The notes beneath the pieces were generated by a model. The model saw only the letters and a list, made by a program, of their open reading frames with translations. It was not told the origin of the DNA and did no database searches. A stretch of 64,000 nt of DNA from Macrostomum lignano (taxonomy: Eukaryota): positions 62,001 to 126,000 of the forward strand of contig NIVC01000920.1 of the NCBI GenBank assembly GCA_002269645.1, given 5' to 3'. Both the position numbers and the translations under genes were made by a program. Of this stretch, positions 59,208 through 64,000 are shown piece by piece. Position 1 is the first letter of the stretch; the number at the start of each line of letters is the position of its first letter.

Positions 59208-61134
59208 ATGATGACTTTATTGACTTTCTTGTACGGATTCTATTCTATTCTAGCTTGGATTCTATGTCAGTTTTATATCCTATGATGTACGTCCTATCGA
59301 AATATGATGTACGAAATCATAAAATTGGCACAACTTGATTCATTGGTTTAATGAATAGATTTTATCATATAATAACACACTGAAACGAGGGAGCTAAGCG
59401 AAATTACACAGAATCCTACTTTTATAAACGATCGAAAAACTTTATGATTATGAATAGAGCTATAAGAAAGGCAAAACATCAAAAAATCAACATTTGGTCT
59501 GCCTCAATCCTATCAAAAGCAATAGCTTGTTTGTGCTGAAAAAAATGAAAACCTTCTATCTCCGTAATGTATTTTTTCGGTAAAAACCTGCCTCCTAAAA
59601 TTTTCCAAGAAACGTGGTTTCTCGTCCTACTTGAGTTGTCCTTGACTGACTAACACACTGTACATACTGACATACAGAATTCCACCAGGAGTCAAGCACA
59701 CGACTTTCAGGAGAAAAGCTTTCCTATCCAGGAAAACATTCGTTCATCATGGATCATGCAAGGACGTCCTTGAGTTGATGAACCCTGGCTCATCTCGAAG
59801 GTCATCTGTTTAAATATCTTTCAAATACGAGCTATACATGTATACTTTGAATTAGTACATGAAAGCGACAACCAAGACATGACGTAAAAATTTTCACATG
59901 CATACACTTTTTAAACCTGTACAAGTGTCAAATTCCTTAATTCCGAAAAGTCGCATGAGATGAAATTGGAAACGAAAGCCAAACAAGAGAAGGTCAAAAA
60001 TTAGTAAAAAAAGCCTTATCTTCCTGTTTGGACTTCAGGTGATCGAGTTCGCGAAAAAAATCAGCACCGAGGGTGCAATTTTCTTCAACTCTGCATACAC
60101 TTGCTACGTTAAGAATCGCTACAGAGAGGTGACAAAGCTTTGAAAAGAAACCGACCATCCAATCGGACAATGTGTCCTTTAATATACATGCACAGGTCTA
60201 AGTAAAATTAGACAATATCCCAGTGTAATCTTCACTGCTTCCTTTGTATGTACCAGTGGAATGTTCCCCTATGAAACGAAAAATGGATAAGGCCCTTCAT
60301 GGCCTTGGGTTTGCCACCAGCTAAGACCCAAATCCATGCGGAGTGTCTAAAAATATTCGAAATTATTTATGAGCCAGACAGGCCATAATTATGATGTAGT
60401 TTTGGCTAATATTTTAGTAAATAGATTAGGAAGCTCACAGGTCGGTGTCTGGAGCAGTCTGGAAATAAATCAGGGGGTTGAAACTGAAATGCGGACTAAA
60501 TGTAGGGATCAGCTAAATAACGCCTGTCGCTCTCTCCCTCTCTCCCCTCTCCCTCTACTCTCCCCCGCATCCAGATATTGATCTACACTGTCCCTTCTCT
60601 ACTCTCTGGCCTGGATTGCGACGACCTGAAACGCGCGCGTACAATGCCTTCTTCACTCTTCCCTCGCCCTCTTCTAAGTACTTCTAGTCTACTTTTCTCT
60701 CTTCCCTCTACGAATGAATCTTCCCGGGAGGTTCTTGCAAAATGAGTATGCAGAGTTTTAGGGGGGTTGGCTGAGAAGGGGCGCAGAAAGGGAAGGATGG
60801 GGAGTGGGAGTTGGGAGTGAGGACTGTTGTTGGCTTGGATGAGGGGACAGCGGGGTACGGGATTTGCAGTGCGTGACGGGCAGTCACAGAGTCCGACAAA
60901 TTCCTAGCCCACCGCTCTCCTCTGCGTGCACAGTTTGAAGCACTGACCACGCCACCCTCTCTCTCCCGGGCTTTCTCCCCTTTTCTGACTCCGCTCAGCA
61001 AAACTCAGTTGTACATGGGTGAAAAATATAAGCGCTTAGTCGGAGAGCAGCAGCTTTTTTTGCTTCCCACCACGGTTCCTAGAATCAAAAAAATCTAAAA
61101 GAGTTCAAAGGGATTAGCAGCCCCATCAAGGAAC

Positions 61135-64000
61135 ATGGCGACCGCGGTTGACATTTTGGACTCTCGGACGACAGCGCCCAGCACCAACAGCAGCCGGCCT
61201 CGGCGGAAAATGAAGACGACGATGAGGAGCCATTTCAACTGGCCGGCCTGTTCCTCGCCGCTAAGGACGGCGACGCCGACCGGGTCAAGCAGGAGCTGCT
61301 CATCCTGCCGCCAACCGTGGAGCTCAACGGTCGCAATCGTAGCGGCGAGACCGTCGTCCATGTCGCCGTGCCGACAGGCTCGCTGCCAATCCTAGAGGCG
61401 CTTCACCAGCGCGGCGTCGATATGCACCAGCTTAACAAGGCCTGCGAGAACGGCTTGCACCTGGCCTGCCGTTTAGGCGACCTCAACGTCGCTCGATTCT
61501 TTGTTGAACGAGCCGCTGTCTGCCTGGACGGCCAGACGCGAGACGGTGATTCGTCAGTCCATCTGGCCGCCAAGAAGGGCCACGCCAGCGTGGTAGAGTA
61601 CCTCGGCTCCCGCGGTGCCAATCTGAATGCGCAGGACCGATGCGCGGAGACTCCGCTGCACGCGGCAGCAGCTGTCGGTAGTGTCGACTGCGTCCGCGCC
61701 CTGGTGCAGGCCGGCGCCCGCATCTACGTTGAGGATCGAGTCGGTTGGACGCCACTTGAGCACGCTATCAAGCGCCACCAGACGACCATCGCGCTCATGC
61801 TAATCAACGCCGGAGCACCTATTGACCACGTCGATCATCAGAAGCGAGAGTGCCCGCTCCATCTGGCCTGCCGGGAAGGCCTCTTACCCGTGGTTCAGGC
61901 CCTCTGTGCCTACGGCTGCCGGTGGACGTATACAATGCAATGGGCGTCACGCCGTTGCACATCGCCTCACGAGCCGGCCACCTGGAGCTTGTCCGTTGCC
62001 TCTTGCTGGCCGGAGCGAGTCCCCAGTTGGCCAGCCGTGACGGCGTCCTGCCCGATGTGATGGCTCTGGCCCAGGGCCACACACTGACTGCAAGCTTGCT
62101 CGGCAAGATGCGTCCAGAACGACGAGCGATCTGCGTGGAGCAGTTGGTACCAACACAGCGCCCGCTGCCCCGCATCAAGCTCAAGGTATTCGGCGACAGC
62201 GCGTCCGGCAAGACGTCGCTGATAAGCAGTCTTCGGTCCAATGCCATCACCGGTTTCTTTAGGAAAAAGTTTAAAAGCCAGGACGAGGCGAACAGCCTTG
62301 ACGAGGAAAGCCAGACGTTCTCTATGCGGTCTAGAACTATGCCTGTGGAGATGAACTTCGAAGCGGCTCACGAGGCTTATACAAAAGGAATCTATGTCCA
62401 GAATGTTGGAATCACAGGAGCTGGAGAGTTTTCCGTTTGGGAGTTCTCAGGCTATCAGCCGTACTACCTTTTCTATGATCACTTCATCGGTGACACGTCT
62501 TGCGTGCACTTAATATTATTAAACCTGATGGACAGTTTTGAGTTGATGCGCCAGAAAGTCATGTTCTGGGTGCACTTCGTCATGGGTCGCATTCCAGCCA
62601 GGGAACCGCTGGGTTCTGTGGCAAGCCGAAGAGCATGGCTCGAATTGTCCTGGTGGGCACGCACAGCGACCGCGCCGCGGGACTGCGAAACCCGAGGGTC
62701 TGCTGGAGAATCGCGACGCCGATCGCATCCTAGAGGAGGTGCTTGCGCTGACGCGCTACCGACTGGAAGTTTGCGATCGAGTATTCGTTGTAAACACTAG
62801 CGAAGCGATGTCACCGGAAATGAAAGCCCTGCGCAGCCAGCTCGGAGACTGGCGCACCGAAATTCTGCGGCATTTGCCGTTTTCTAATGGTTTCTTAGAC
62901 GTCGTCATTAGCCGCATCTCCGAGTGGGTTTGCAGCACCCAGTTTCCCGTATATACTTGGCAGCAGTTCGTGGAAACTGTCCGTAATAAGGTCAACCCAT
63001 TGTGCAGCGAGGACCACCTAAAGGACCTGATCCAGGAGCTGCAGTACACAGGGGAGGTCATCTATCTCGAGTCCGACGCAGGTCACGATATGATCGTGCT
63101 CAGCCCGCAGTGGCTGTGCTCCAGTGTTCTCGGCTTTCTTCTTTCGCAGGACAACATCTCTCAGGCGCGAGTCACTGGCAGCTTCACGGCGGACGACATT
63201 CAGTTCATGATTGCTGGCACCGAGGCCAATCAACTGCTGCGAATTCTGATTGCCCTTGATCTTTGCACACAGGTCGAAGTCGAAGATGAGGTCCAGTACG
63301 AGTTCCCCTGCCTAAACTTTCTTGACAGTGTCCGCGGCCTCTGGGAGAAGGAGCCACGCCACGACGCGTCAGTCTACGCTGGCATGCAGATGCGGGCGAC
63401 CAAGTCGCAGCTGGTGCACATTTTCCCTCGCCTGCAGTGCAGCCTGAGACGCAGCCTCAAAGTGGACAAAGAGGACGAGCAACATTCGCCGGTGCTTAGC
63501 GAAGCTGATCTGTTCCAGTGGCACCACGGCTCCAAGCTGTCACTGGCCGGTGTTGAGTGCATGCTGCGAATGGAGGAATGCGATCAGGTTAGTTTTGTCT
63601 TAAGGCATTGATACGCTGTATGAGCGTATAATTTATGCTCCTATGAGCACTTCAAGTTTTTCATGTACATTTCGAACTATCTGACCTGAAGCCTTTACCG
63701 TTCAAACAGGTTATCCGCCTTCGAGCTCGAGGACCTCGTCAACAGCTGCCGCTGCTGTTCGGCATCTACCAGGATATGGTCAATCTGATCGAGCAGACAA
63801 TTGAGGACACCTGCCCCAGCATGGAGTACGAGGTGTCCGTCCTGAGCCCTAAGGAGCTTCGTAATCATTCCAAGGTGGCGATTGCAGTGCCCCAAGGAGT
63901 GATTTTTCGTGCCATTGAGGACCAGCGGAACAGCGCGCCCTCCTCATCCGAGGTGATGGTGAACTTCGAGAACGGCCTCGTCCTGGAGAGCCTGGAGAGC
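61135..64000 (+). CDS. DAPK1: DAPK1-like ankyrin-ROC-COR protein, partial, four apparent 1-nt frame breaks
   Basis: Ankyrin repeats (GETVVHVA, GDSSVHLAA, AETPLHAAA, GVTPLHIAS); ROC PRIKLKVFGDSASGKT and FSVWEFSG; COR LSPQWLCSSVLG, YEFPCLNF; intron 63588-63709; continues past the window end. Confidence 0.88.

Larger units (their letters stand above)
56331..59644. mobile_element. Fold-back MITE of the CAAGGAC family, split by three nested insertions
   Basis: Left end CAAGGACTAG..ACTCAAGTAG, continuation at 57123-57215 and 58944-58990, right arm 59430-59644 ending CTACTTGAGTTGTCCTTG. Confidence 0.75.

Noticed and set aside
59650-60200. Protein-like fragment VIEFAKKISTEGAIFFNSAYTCYVKNRY, possibly a DAPK upstream exon or TE relic
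   Set aside because: Interrupted by stops, no kinase or transposase motif recognised
22469-63562. Opposite-strand ORFs over GLUT, ASTE1, NWD, RTE and DAPK exons
   Set aside because: Antisense shadows of GC-rich coding sequence with no recognisable motifs

Overview
Eukaryotic (animal) genomic DNA with GC-rich exons, GT-AG introns and a very high load of tandem repeats and transposon relics. The style suggests a free-living flatworm such as Macrostomum, but that is inference and cannot be proven from this window. Reconstructed genes: the extracellular half of a GABA-A/GRD-like Cys-loop channel (-), a 5-exon ARMC10-like protein (-), a C19orf81-like protein (-), a divergent LC8 dynein light chain (-), an intronless GLUT/SLC2A transporter (+), a frameshift-riddled multi-cysteine-cluster Toll-like receptor with two TIR-like domains (-), an Asteroid/ASTE1-like XPG nuclease (-), an 11-exon NACHT-WD40 (NWD-like) gene (-) and a DAPK1-like ankyrin-ROC-COR gene (+, runs off the window). 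Most long introns are filled by their own distinct minisatellite. Mobile elements: two tRNA-derived SINEs, a decayed IS630/Tc1-type element, a Mutator-like element with a 9-bp TSD, a fold-back MITE family, small hAT-like elements and two RTE LINE fragments. Many ORFs in the supplied track are repeat translations or antisense shadows. Splice models are hand-built from GT/AG sites, phase consistency and protein motifs, with no transcript evidence.
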